Shown here: positions 18,931 to 27,935 of the stretch, in pieces
Numbering within the stretch: the stretch's first letter is position 1
Layout: the number at the start of each line of letters is the position of its first letter
Assembly: GCA_031372065.1 (NCBI GenBank)
Contig: JANMKN010000047.1
Location: 1 to 50,267, forward strand
From: Abditibacteriaceae bacterium
GTDB lineage: Bacteria; Armatimonadota; Abditibacteriia; Abditibacteriales; Abditibacteriaceae
Direction: 5' to 3'
Length of the DNA: 50,267 nt
Translations under genes and position numbers: made by a program
The notes under the pieces: generated by a model
The model's input: only the letters and a program-made list of their open reading frames with translations
The model's database searches: none
What the model was told of the DNA's origin: nothing

Positions 18931-19641
18931 TTAGCCCTTCGGTTTCGGCGGAGTGTCTGACTTCTCGTGCGCGAAAATATCGAAGGAGATTTCGATCTCG
19001 TTTTTGACCTTCACTGCGCCGCCCATGACCGAAACGGGCTTGATGCTATAATCGGTCTGCTTCAACGGGAAAGTGCCCTTGGCGCGCAAGGTATTTCCGG
19101 TAATCGTCGCTGTGCCGGGAAACTCGATGAGGCGGGTGACGCCGTGCAGCGTGAGGTTGCCGGTGAGCAGGAGGCTGTATTCGTCTCCCTTGAGATGCTG
19201 CGCCGTGACTTTGGCGCTTTTGAAAATGATGTCCGGGTATTTGGCAGTTTCCAGCACGTCGGTTTTCATGGTATGTTCGATTTTGGGTTTGTCGCCGGCG
19301 CTGGCCTTGTCCGTCACGCTCAGGGAGTCTGCTTTGACGGTCATTTCCAGTGCGCCAGTCCCACCGCCGGGAGTGAACTGCGCCTCACCGGAGAAAACCT
19401 GCACCGCGATGGTGTGGTCGTGTCCAAAGGCCTTGAACAGGCCGCTGCGAAAGACAGACACCGTAAAGGTGCTTTTGCCGCTGTCAACGCTCAGTTGCAG
19501 CGGATGCGGCTCCGCCTGAACCGGGTGGCTGCCCGTTCCCAGACACAAAATGCCCAGTCCCATGACGGCTGTCCTCAGCAACGCGGCTAAGCGACGGGTC
19601 ACCGGACGACTTTCCAAACCCTGTGTTTTCATGTGTTTCAT
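18931..19641 (-). CDS. YceI family lipid/polyisoprenoid-binding protein, exported
   Basis: LETAKYPDIIFKS, GNLTLHGVTR, QTDYSIKP; RBS GGAG upstream of 19641. Confidence 0.85.
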   Translation of the reverse strand: MKHMKTQGLESRPVTRRLAALLRTAVMGLGILCLGTGSHPVQAEPHPLQLSVDSGKSTFTVSVFRSGLFKAFGHDHTIAVQVFSGEAQFTPGGGTGALEMTVKADSLSVTDKASAGDKPKIEHTMKTDVLETAKYPDIIFKSAKVTAQHLKGDEYSLLLTGNLTLHGVTRLIEFPGTATITGNTLRAKGTFPLKQTDYSIKPVSVMGGAVKVKNEIEISFDIFAHEKSDTPPKPKG

Positions 19642-19702
19642 GGTCACTCCTGCGTGGCTCAAAGACACGTTGCTCCACTCATTTATTCTACGATAACTGA
19701 AA

Positions 19703-20419
19703 GTGCGAATGCTCTGGATTCTCCTGTTGATAGCGGGCTGGTTGGCGGCCACAATTTCCGGTGCGGCGGGTTTTGGCGGCGCGCTCTTGCTGTTGCCCGC
19801 TTTGACATATGTGGTCGGCGCCAAGGCTGCCGTGCCGATTCTCACCATCGCGCAGTTGATGGGAAACCTTTCGCGCGCAGGCTTCGGATGGCGCGAGATT
19901 CGTTGGCGGCCCGTCGCGTTGTTTTGCGCGGGTGCGGTGCCTCTGAGCATCATCGGCGCCCGTTGGTTCGTGGCATTGCCCGGTCAAACCATAACGCGCG
20001 GCATCGGCGTGTTCCTGCTGCTGGCCGTAGTGTGGCGGCATACGAAGTGGGGCAAGAGGCCGGTTCCCGAAACGGCTCTGGCACCGGCGGGGGCCGTCGT
20101 GGGACTGCTCTCGGCTCTGGCCGGAAGCGCCGGGCCATTGGGAGCCGCTGTTTTCTTGGGCTTGAATCTGCCGCGCACCGCCTACGTCGCCAGCGAAGCC
20201 GTCACTGCTTGCGCCATGCATCTCACCAAAGCCATCGTATAAGGCAAATACGCCGCGTTGTCTGGAACTGACGTGGGACAGGGGGTGCTGCTGGGTGCGG
20301 CGATGGTGGCCGGCTCGTGGTCGGGCCGCAAGCTGATCGAGAGGATTCCTCAAGACCGCTTCGCGCAATGGGTGGAGATTTTACTATTAGTCTGCGCAGT
20401 GTTGTTACTTTTCTCTTAA
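19703..20419 (+). pseudogene. TauE/SafE family transporter interrupted by an in-frame TAA
   Basis: GAAGFGGALLLLP motif; TAA at 20240-20242, after which the frame continues GKYAALS...GSWSGRKLIERIP..LLLFS* to 20419. Confidence 0.8.
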
Positions 20420-20542
20420 CTGCGCCGAATTGAAACCGCAGGTAACAAAGTCGAATCGTGCGAGCAGTTGAACGGCAGCTCTCAGATTTGAAGAATCCCC
20501 ATTTAGCCTCTACTATGAGCTTATCCATTAGTAAAGACGCAT

Positions 20543-21154
20543 ATGAAAACGAAGGATATGTTCAATTTCCTGCTGTCTGCCGGTCTCTCAGCAGTTTCAT
20601 TCGCGGCGACACCTGCTTTGGCCCACGTTAGCGTTACTCCCACTGAGGCCAGGGTGGCGACCTCGCAGATTTTTACGGTGAACGTCCCGACCGAGAAAGA
20701 GAACCCGACCGTAGCCGTCAAGCTGGTGCTCCCGGAGGGGTTGCAGAGGGTGAGTCCCATCGTAAAGCCCGGTTGGACGGTAGCCACGAGAAAGACAGGG
20801 GATGGCGAGGGTGCCAATGTAACGGAGATTAGTTGGGCCGGGGGGCAGATTCCCGCCGAGCAACGCGATCTGTTTACTTTCAGCGCCCAGGCGCCCGCTT
20901 CCGAAACGACTCTGGTTTGGAAGACCTACCAGACATATCAGGACGGAACCGTGAAAGCTTGGGAGAAAGAGGCCGAAGAACACGGCGGGGCCGAAGAGGC
21001 GGAGAACGCGCCGGGGCCGGCTTCAAAAACCCATGTCATCAACGATCTGGCCGAGGACAAGGGCAACTCCGATCTTTCTACGGGTTTTGGTGTCAGCGTT
21101 GTGGCCCTGCTGTTAGCGGGCGCTTCCCTCCTTATGCAACTTAGGAAAAAGTAA
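20543..21154 (+). CDS. ycnI: YcnI/DUF1775 copper-binding membrane-anchored protein
   Basis: Signal peptide ending ALA-H, VP.E, PGW, W.GG, QTYQDG..W, C-terminal TM anchor. Confidence 0.88.
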   Translation: MKTKDMFNFLLSAGLSAVSFAATPALAHVSVTPTEARVATSQIFTVNVPTEKENPTVAVKLVLPEGLQRVSPIVKPGWTVATRKTGDGEGANVTEISWAGGQIPAEQRDLFTFSAQAPASETTLVWKTYQTYQDGTVKAWEKEAEEHGGAEEAENAPGPASKTHVINDLAEDKGNSDLSTGFGVSVVALLLAGASLLMQLRKK

Positions 21155-22889
21155 CCACTCCAAAATCGAAATCACGCCCTACTTTTTCGGGCTTATGTCG
21201 GCGGCGCGTTGCCAACCCGTGTAAGTGCGCGGTTGCGAGTCTTGCAAAGGGGAGATGGCCGAGGTGGCGACGCGCCTCTCGCGCAATAATAGTTTCGGAA
21301 TCGCGTCCTTGAAACAGGCTAAGGAATAGCCGCGCTTTTCAAACCACGGATCGTCGCCGGCAAAGAACTGGTTTAGCAAAGCCGTCAGGCGTTCAGGAGT
21401 GTAGGTCTTGAGCAAGTCACGGGCGATCTTCATGTCTCGTCCCCACATGATAGGCGGTGCATCGCCGCTGACCGTCCGTTCCCGGAAAAGGGACTGGTAG
21501 AGCCGCAAGAAGTGTTTGGCTTCAAGCCCTGTATTTTCAGATTTTGAAATCAAGGATTCCTTACCGTTAGGTAATTTATTGTCTCTTCTCGCTATTGTTG
21601 TATTCGCATTTGCAACTTCGCTTTTCTCGCCAGACTCTTCGCTTTTTGCACCGAGATTTGTGCTCGGATTAACGGTTTCGAGGCCCTCGAAGCACAGGCT
21701 GAAGTAAATTCGCCCGCTGTAGCGGCGGCGCTCTTGAGGTGTCAGCAGCAAGTTGCCCTGCTCGTCCGTGGCATCCACCAAACGGCGGCGCACCAGAGCA
21801 TCCAGGCCGCTGCTGATCGCGGCGCTATTGCGCCCGGTGCGCACTATAAGCTGGCTCTGCGTCAGCCAGTCTCGCCGCTTGTGGCGATGGCCGTTCGCGC
21901 GCCAACCGACCGTTTGCCGCACGATCACACAAATCAACCGCCACTCGGTGTCCTTGAGCGTGGGCATCACGCGGTCGATCAGCACGCAAGGAAATGCGGC
22001 AAATGGCGTGAGGTATGGGATTGGTGCATCGGCCTCAATCGGCATAGGGAACTTCTAAATTTGCTGTGTCCTGCGAGGTCTCTGCTGGGGTTTCAGACGG
22101 TGGCTCGGCGGGTATGGGCCGCAGGGCCGGTGGCGCCTCGTAATCGCCACGGATGGCGGCCATGAGCATCCCGGCTGGGTTGCGGGCGCCTCGATAAGGT
22201 AGCCACGCCAGTTGCCGTTCGACACGCTCCTGTTCGTATTCCGCCAAAATCTCTTCGGCCTGTTCAGGGTAGAGACCGAATTGAATCAAAGCGTCGCGTA
22301 ATGCGTTTGAGGCTTCGTCTTGTGGAGACGGCTGGAGAGTTGGTTCTTGGTAAGTCATAAAGGGCATTGGTGATTTCTTGGATTTGATATGCGGCGGCGT
22401 TGGCAGGGATTTACTCAGGAATTGTGCGATTTCTGCTTCGACTTCGGCGCGGGGCCGAGCATACAAGCGCCGGGACTGCTCGATGATGACCTCGCGGGGC
22501 ACCGCCTGGTGGATGACTTGGGGTGCTTCCCTGTTTCCCTCTTCGCGGAGTGGCAGCAGGCCGTGAACAGGCGCATAAGAAGGCCATCCGGCCCCGGCAT
22601 CCTGTTTGGTGACGATGCGCTGCCCCAGCCACTGCGCTTTTAGAAGCCGTTCCAGCCGGGCGCGGGCTTTGGCTTCCGATTGCCCCAGCGCCTCGGCCAA
22701 CTGCCACATATAAGGGGCGATGTGCCCCTCGGCAGTGACGAAGGTGAGCAGCAAGAGAAAACTTTGTAACTCTTCGGGCGGCAAGGCCAAGAGAAAGCCG
22801 GAGGTCCGCAAACTCGGCGTCAGCATGACGAACGCGGCGGGGCGCCAGTGGCCGTCACGGGTCTTGTCCTGATGCTCGACAAAGACCGT
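21017..22889 (-). repeat. Left arm of a ~1.9 kb diverged inverted repeat (ycnI 3' end, repB-like, repA-like)
   Basis: Its reverse complement aligns with 23825-25690. Confidence 0.9.
21179..22045 (-). CDS. Phage replication protein O-like initiator (N-terminal wHTH), copy 1
   Basis: P..LIDRVMPTLKDTEWRLICVIVRQTVGW...DWLTQSQL..RTG pattern of lambdoid O/replisome-organiser proteins. Confidence 0.7.
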   Translation of the reverse strand: MPIEADAPIPYLTPFAAFPCVLIDRVMPTLKDTEWRLICVIVRQTVGWRANGHRHKRRDWLTQSQLIVRTGRNSAAISSGLDALVRRRLVDATDEQGNLLLTPQERRRYSGRIYFSLCFEGLETVNPSTNLGAKSEESGEKSEVANANTTIARRDNKLPNGKESLISKSENTGLEAKHFLRLYQSLFRERTVSGDAPPIMWGRDMKIARDLLKTYTPERLTALLNQFFAGDDPWFEKRGYSLACFKDAIPKLLLRERRVATSAISPLQDSQPRTYTGWQRAADISPKK

Positions 22890-22937
22890 GAAAGGCGCCT
22901 CCTGATTCGCATTGTATTGAAAGATAGGAAACGCCAT
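22035..22937 (-). CDS. HTH-containing replication-initiator-like protein, copy 1 (intact)
   Basis: N-terminal HTH (QLAEALGQSEAKARARLERL); C-terminal RNPAGMLMAAIRGDY motif resembling Rep-like C-terminal domains. Start taken as MAFPIFQ; alternative 22973. Confidence 0.55.
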   Translation of the reverse strand: MAFPIFQYNANQEAPFTVFVEHQDKTRDGHWRPAAFVMLTPSLRTSGFLLALPPEELQSFLLLLTFVTAEGHIAPYMWQLAEALGQSEAKARARLERLLKAQWLGQRIVTKQDAGAGWPSYAPVHGLLPLREEGNREAPQVIHQAVPREVIIEQSRRLYARPRAEVEAEIAQFLSKSLPTPPHIKSKKSPMPFMTYQEPTLQPSPQDEASNALRDALIQFGLYPEQAEEILAEYEQERVERQLAWLPYRGARNPAGMLMAAIRGDYEAPPALRPIPAEPPSETPAETSQDTANLEVPYAD

Positions 22938-23042
22938 AGAATGCCATTGAAGGGTTTCGTTGAATGGATGCAACGCTCGTAGCGCGTGGCGTTGAACTCA
23001 TAAATGATGGACTGGCACACCGGCCTGAAACGGCGGCAGCGA

Positions 23043-23135
23043 CGGGTTAAAGCGTAACCGCTCAACCCGGCTGGCCCCGTTGCGGACGAGGAGCTGCGAA
23101 AGGCCGCTTTACCGCTTGCGGAAGGCGGCTTTTGC
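23043..23135 (-). promoter_or_regulatory. Structured leader or terminator upstream of the rep-like pair
   Basis: Hairpins cgggtt..agcg-taac-cgct..aacccg (23043-23069) and gcgaaaggccgc..ccgc-tt-gcgg..gcggcttttgc (23096-23135). Confidence 0.45.
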
Positions 23136-23155
23136 GATGGAGACGGCTGTCGTTG

Positions 23156-23395
23156 TTACAAGGAATCGCTGCGTGTGCGGGGCGATTTGAGCGAGGTTTT
23201 GAGGTGGGAGCGGGCCGACTGGGTGGCTTTCTTCAAAGTCGCCAGTTCCCGCTGCATCAATCTCCGTTCTGACAGCGACAAATCTTGACCTATGATGCGT
23301 TCGGAAAGACCTCGCAGAATCGTGGAAAAGTGCTGAAAAAGCGTGATCTGTTGAGTGAGAAGCTGCTGTTGTAAAGCCTTGCGGGTTTGGGTCAT
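23156..23395 (-). CDS. Small helical hypothetical protein (79 aa)
   Basis: MTQTRKALQQQLL...; starts 8 nt after the YdjM-like stop. Confidence 0.5.
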   Translation of the reverse strand: MTQTRKALQQQLLTQQITLFQHFSTILRGLSERIIGQDLSLSERRLMQRELATLKKATQSARSHLKTSLKSPRTRSDSL

Positions 23396-23403
23396 GGGAA
23401 GAT

Positions 23404-23824
23404 TTAGGAGATGAGTGCGAGGTGTTTGAAGAGTAAAAGTAGCACGGCGAACGCCAAGAACGGCAATAACATTTCTTCGGCCATTGAGCCTGTGGTCAAT
23501 CGCCAGCCCTTGGGCAGAAGGTGGTGGCGTTTGCGGTGCGGATAGAGCAGCGGCACGCCGCTTTTGGTCGCCGAGTCGGCTAACAAGTGGCTTGCGTAGC
23601 CCAATGACAGCGCCATTCCAAACGGCGCGCCCAGCCACAGTGCTAAAGGCAGAGCACAGAGAACGGTAAAGAGGCCTAGGCCGGCCAGCGAATGCAAAAG
23701 GCCACGATGCCCGAACGACTGGTGCAGCACTTGGGATAGCGGTGCAAACGGCGTAATGCCGATAACGGCGAATCGCTTGAGTTTGGATTCGCCGGCGTCC
23801 AGATCAGGGGACAATGCCCCAAGT
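23404..23824 (-). pseudogene. YdjM-like metal-dependent membrane hydrolase, 5'-truncated
   Basis: GALSPDLD, GHRGLLHSL, GYASHLLADS.T..GVP motifs. The N-terminal MT..TH segment is replaced by the right repeat arm. Confidence 0.8.
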
Positions 23825-24679
23825 ACCGTCTTTGTCGAACACCGGGACAAGACCCGTGACGGCCACTGGCGGCCTGAAGCGTTCGTCATGCTCACGCCGA
23901 GCCTGCGAACCTCCGGCTTTCTATTCGCGTTGCCGCCGGAGGAATTGCAAAGTTTTCTCTTACTGCTGACCTTCGTCACCGCTGAGGGGCACATCGCCCC
24001 TTATCTGTGGCAGTTGGCGGAGGCGCTGGGGCAGTCGGAAACCAAAACCCGCGCTCGGTTGGAACGGCTTCTGAAGGCGCAGTGGATGGAGCAACACATC
24101 GTAGCCAAGCATGGCGGAGGCGCAGACCGACCATTCTATTCCCCGATCCACGGCTTGCTGCCGCTCCGGGAAGAAGGCAACAAAGAACCGCCGCAGGTCA
24201 TCTACCAAGCGACGCCGCGCGAGGTAATCATCGAACAGTCCCGGCGTTTATACGCCCGGCCCCGCGCCGAAGTCGAAGCCGAGATCGCGCAGTTCCTCAG
24301 CAAATCTCCGTTAACCCCGCCGCCTATAAAATCTAAGAAACCATCAAAAACCGCTATGACCTACCAAGAACCAACTCCCCAGCTATCTCCGCAAGACGAA
24401 GCCCACAATCAACTGCGCGACGCCTTGATTCAAGCCGGTCTTTATCCCGAACAGGCCGACGAGCTATTAGCGGAATACGACCACGAGCGCATCCAACGCC
24501 AATTGGCATGGCTGCCTTATCGCGGCGCCCGCAATCCCGCCGGAATGCTCATGGCTGCGATTCGGGGCGATTACGAGGCGCCCCCTGCCGTGCGGCCCAC
24601 TCCCATCGCGCCGCCGCCTGAAACCCTCACGGAGACGCCACTGGACACAACAGCCTTAGAAGTTCCCCATGCCGAATGA
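23825..24679 (+). pseudogene. HTH replication-initiator-like protein, copy 2, lacking its native N-terminal ~16 aa
   Basis: Colinear with copy 1 from TVFVEH onward. The upstream in-frame ATG at 23756 lies in antisense ydjM sequence. Confidence 0.6.
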
Positions 24680-25535
24680 TGCCGACGCGCCAGCCGACTA
24701 CTTCACGCCCTTTGCCGCGTTTCCCTGCGTGCTGATTGACCGAGTGATGCCCACGCTCAAAGACACCGAATGGCGCCTGATTTGTGTCATCGTGCGGCAG
24801 ACAGTCGGTTGGGGTGCCACTGGCCATCGGCACAAGCGGCGCGACTGGCTGACGCAACGCCAGTTAATCGCGCGCACCGGACGCAACAGCGCGGCCATCA
24901 GCGCCGCGCTCGATGCGCTGGTTCGTCGTAGGCTGGTGGATGCGACGGATGAACAGGGAAATCTGCTCTTAACCCCTCAAGAGCGCCGTCGCTACAGCGG
25001 ACGGCTTTACTTCAGCCTGTGCATAGAGGGGCTTGAAACTCTCAAGCTAAGCGCGACTATCAATGCGAAAAGCGAATCGCTCGGCGCAAAAAGCGAAGTT
25101 GCAAATACGAATACAACAATAGCAAGAAGAGACAATAAATTACCTGACGGTAAGGATTCTCTGATTTCAAAATCTGAAAACTCAGGACTCGAAGCCAAGC
25201 GATTCCTGCGTTTCTATCAGTCCCGTTTTCGAGAACGCACGGTCAGCGGTGATGCACCGCCCATCGCGTGGGGACGAGACATGAAGATCGCCCGCGACTT
25301 GCTCAAGGCATATCCCCTTGAACGTCTGACAGCCTTGCTGAACCAGTTCTTTGCTGGCGGCGATCCGTGGTTGAAAAAGCGAGGATATTCCTTATCCTGC
25401 TTCAGGGAGGCGATTCCGAAACTACTACTGCAAGAGAGGCGCATCACGGGTTCGGATAGTCCCTTTTTGCGAGATTCGCAACCGCGCACTTACATGGGTT
25501 GGCAACGCGCCGCTGACATCAGCCCAAGAAAGTAG
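24669..25535 (+). CDS. Phage replication protein O-like initiator, copy 2
   Basis: 288 aa, gap-free alignment with copy 1; about 51 substitutions by manual count (~82% identity). Confidence 0.7.
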   Translation: MPNDADAPADYFTPFAAFPCVLIDRVMPTLKDTEWRLICVIVRQTVGWGATGHRHKRRDWLTQRQLIARTGRNSAAISAALDALVRRRLVDATDEQGNLLLTPQERRRYSGRLYFSLCIEGLETLKLSATINAKSESLGAKSEVANTNTTIARRDNKLPDGKDSLISKSENSGLEAKRFLRFYQSRFRERTVSGDAPPIAWGRDMKIARDLLKAYPLERLTALLNQFFAGGDPWLKKRGYSLSCFREAIPKLLLQERRITGSDSPFLRDSQPRTYMGWQRAADISPRK

Positions 25536-25554
25536 GGCAAGATTTCTGGGTTGG

Positions 25555-25690
25555 TTACCTTTTGCTCATTTGCAGAAAGAGGAATATGCACTGCTAAGAG
25601 CCGGGCCAAGACGCGTTACGAAAATCGCGGACAAGTCAGCGTTGCTCGTGCTTCGGCCAGATCATTGATAACTTGGGTTTTTGAAGCTGG
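25555..25690 (-). pseudogene. ycnI: Degenerate 3' remnant of ycnI
   Basis: Encodes PASKTQVINDLAE vs PASKTHVINDLAE in the intact gene, then frameshifted sequence ending at the equivalent TAA. Confidence 0.75.
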
Positions 25691-25929
25691 TGTCATGGTT
25701 TAGGGGCCGATGGCAGAAATTTTACATCGGCGACGTGTTCGTTGAATCGGATATGGCTATCGGCCTGAGACAGTATGAGGCGCCCGTTCATGTGCAGATT
25801 TTGAAGGTGATGCCCTTGCAGGGCTACTCAACTGAAACAGAGAACGAGCCTTCATCGTCTAATTGTTGGTCGAGAGTGATGTTCTCAAAGAGCCAGTTAT
25901 GGAGCGTTCCGGCGAAGTTGTCGCTGGAA

Positions 25930-26213
25930 ATCCCGACCGTTATTTCACGAAGGAAGGGCTGAACGGCAAAGATCGGGGCATGAATCCTTATTTTTACGGG
26001 CGCGGCATTTTTCAATACGACCCGGCGCTGCACGCCCAATCGGAACCGGGCGGCGGCGCGGACTTTACCGTCGGCGCACGTTACGCCATCGGCTCGATGC
26101 TCGGCGAGGCGACCAAAGGCCGTCTTGGTGGCCTTGCGATCTTCAATCGCGCGCTGAACGATGCCGAAATGAAAACTCTGCACGACGCGGCGAATGTAGC
26201 TTCGCTGAAGTAA
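25930..26213 (+). pseudogene. C-terminal fragment of a LamG-like (ConA fold) protein
   Basis: DFTVGARY...GRLGGLAIFNRALNDAEM is a LamG-type C-terminus; no plausible 5' part is present. Confidence 0.6.
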
Positions 26214-26222
26214 AAAATCACC

Positions 26223-27704
26223 ATGACACGACGAGAATTTATCATGCAAACAACGGCTGTCACCGCCGGCGCGATGGTCGCGTCATACGCCACAGCGGAC
26301 GATAAACCGCGCATGGCACGCCACTTAGTCGCGCAAGTGACCGCGCCCGACGTGGCGTTTCCGGCAGACCGGCGCCCGCCTTTTGGTTGGCGCACGGCGA
26401 CACTTGGGGCCGCGCCGGTGGCTTTGCGCTGGCCCGACCTGCCGCCCGATGCGGTGCCCACGCGCCTGCGCCTCACGGTGGCGCTGGATGTGCGCGATGA
26501 AAAACTGATCGAAGCCACGCTGCTGCAAACGGGCCGCGTGCTGGGCACTTTCAATATTCGTTTTGCCAGCCTTTTTCAGGTTTATGAAATCGCCCTCGCG
26601 CCCGGCGACGCGGCGGATGTGCGCCGCGAAGGCATCGCGCTACGCTTGAAAAAAGGCGCGGAACTGCGCGTTTTCACCGGCGGCGAGGGCATTCCAGCCG
26701 AACTGTTGCCGCATTTGTTGTTGCCCGGCGAGGCCACTGCCTCCAGCGAATTTTTCGCGCGGTTGGGATCGCTGGCAAGCGTGCAGTCCTTTAGTTGGAT
26801 GGAAGGCTGCGTGCTGGATGGCTTGCTCGATTTGGCCGCCCTGCCTTCGCACGCGGCGATGCGGGACAGCGCCCGGCAGCATCTCGCGCGTTTTATCAAG
26901 AACGGGCAATTGATTTACGAAAACCACATGAGTGCGCCCAGTGACGGGCGTATTTACGGTATCGAAGGCACGCTGCCGTTCGCGGCGCTGGCGAAGTTGG
27001 AGCCGCAAAATCCTACACTCGATCTGGCGTTGAAATTCTGGCTCAACCACAAGGACGCCGAAAACGCCATCATTGACGGCAAGCACACGTCCAGCGAAGG
27101 CGCTTACACCGTCGGTTATCCGCTGGCAGTGATTGGCAAAGCGCGGCGCGACGAAACGCTCCAACAACTGGCGCTGACACAGTTGCGCGTGCGGCAGACG
27201 CGCCTGTTCGACGGAAAGACCTTCTGGCGCACCAGCGAGGCGGATGGCGGCAAAGGCAATCGCAACTGGGCGCGTGGCATAGCTTGGCAGCTTCTCGGCG
27301 CGGCGCGGACGCTGCGCGAGTTAAAACATCGCCCCGACACCGCCGAATTGATTCAGCAATTCGCGCAACTGGCGGCTTGGGCACAAAGTTTTCAGCGCCC
27401 CGATGGATTGTGGAGTGTGTTCGTGGACGAACCCAACCTTTCGCCCGACACTGCCGGGAGCGCGGGCATCGCCGCTGCCTTAGCCATCGGCGCCCGCGAA
27501 GGCTGGCTGGACACAGACGCGCGCCGCGCCGCCGAAAACGCGCTCGCCGGATTGAAAACGCACCTCACTCCCGACGGTTTTCTCGGTGGAGTCGCACAGT
27601 CGAACAAAGGTGGCGAAGGCTTGCAGCGCGGCGATTATCGCGTCATTTTCCAGATGGCGATGGGCCTGATGGCGCAACTCATTGCGGCGCTCGAAGCCGG
27701 TTAA
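26223..27704 (+). CDS. Tat-exported GH88/GH105 family unsaturated-uronyl hydrolase
   Basis: TRREF twin-arginine signal; W.EG, NWARGIAW, FQRPDGLW, DTAGSAGIA motifs. Confidence 0.8.
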   Translation: MTRREFIMQTTAVTAGAMVASYATADDKPRMARHLVAQVTAPDVAFPADRRPPFGWRTATLGAAPVALRWPDLPPDAVPTRLRLTVALDVRDEKLIEATLLQTGRVLGTFNIRFASLFQVYEIALAPGDAADVRREGIALRLKKGAELRVFTGGEGIPAELLPHLLLPGEATASSEFFARLGSLASVQSFSWMEGCVLDGLLDLAALPSHAAMRDSARQHLARFIKNGQLIYENHMSAPSDGRIYGIEGTLPFAALAKLEPQNPTLDLALKFWLNHKDAENAIIDGKHTSSEGAYTVGYPLAVIGKARRDETLQQLALTQLRVRQTRLFDGKTFWRTSEADGGKGNRNWARGIAWQLLGAARTLRELKHRPDTAELIQQFAQLAAWAQSFQRPDGLWSVFVDEPNLSPDTAGSAGIAAALAIGAREGWLDTDARRAAENALAGLKTHLTPDGFLGGVAQSNKGGEGLQRGDYRVIFQMAMGLMAQLIAALEAG

Positions 27705-27787
27705 TCACCCTGAAACGGTGTCCATTGACCGGCATAAAGAGCTTTGCATCATGGCGTCGAACTTTTACTGCCATCACGCATAAGTAG

Positions 27788-27895
27788 GTGAAACTTTGGA
27801 TTCTTATTCAACAAGAAACCACCAGCTTTCCCCATTGGTTCGTCCCGAAATACGCCGCCTACGCCAGCAAAGAGAACACGCTGCCGCAGGAGTAA
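27788..27895 (+). pseudogene. Short fragment resembling a CE15-type (glucuronoyl) esterase internal segment
   Basis: TTSFPHWFVPKYAAYASKENTLP resembles the FPHWF...LP(VDQH) region, recognised from memory. Confidence 0.4.
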
Positions 27896-27935
27896 TCCGC
27901 TCTTATATGGAAACCAAATGCGTTAGCGCCCAGCG

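Larger units (their letters stand above)
23825..25690 (+). repeat. Right arm of the inverted repeat
   Basis: Homology starts at accgtctttgtcga (23825) and ends in the ycnI remnant (~25690). Confidence 0.9.

Noticed and set aside
20240..20242. Stop-codon readthrough or an alternative genetic code
   Set aside because: TAA ends many other genes here normally; a single nonsense change or sequencing error is simpler.
21017..25690. Diversity-generating retroelement TR/VR pair, or transposon terminal repeats
   Set aside because: No reverse transcriptase or transposase lies between or near the arms; differences are not adenine-specific and cover whole genes.
25824..25935. Minus-strand ...AGTLHNW...DEGSFSVSVE* as a CopC C-terminal remnant
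   Set aside because: The context next to ycnI is suggestive, but the DGH motif is absent and the similarity is too weak.
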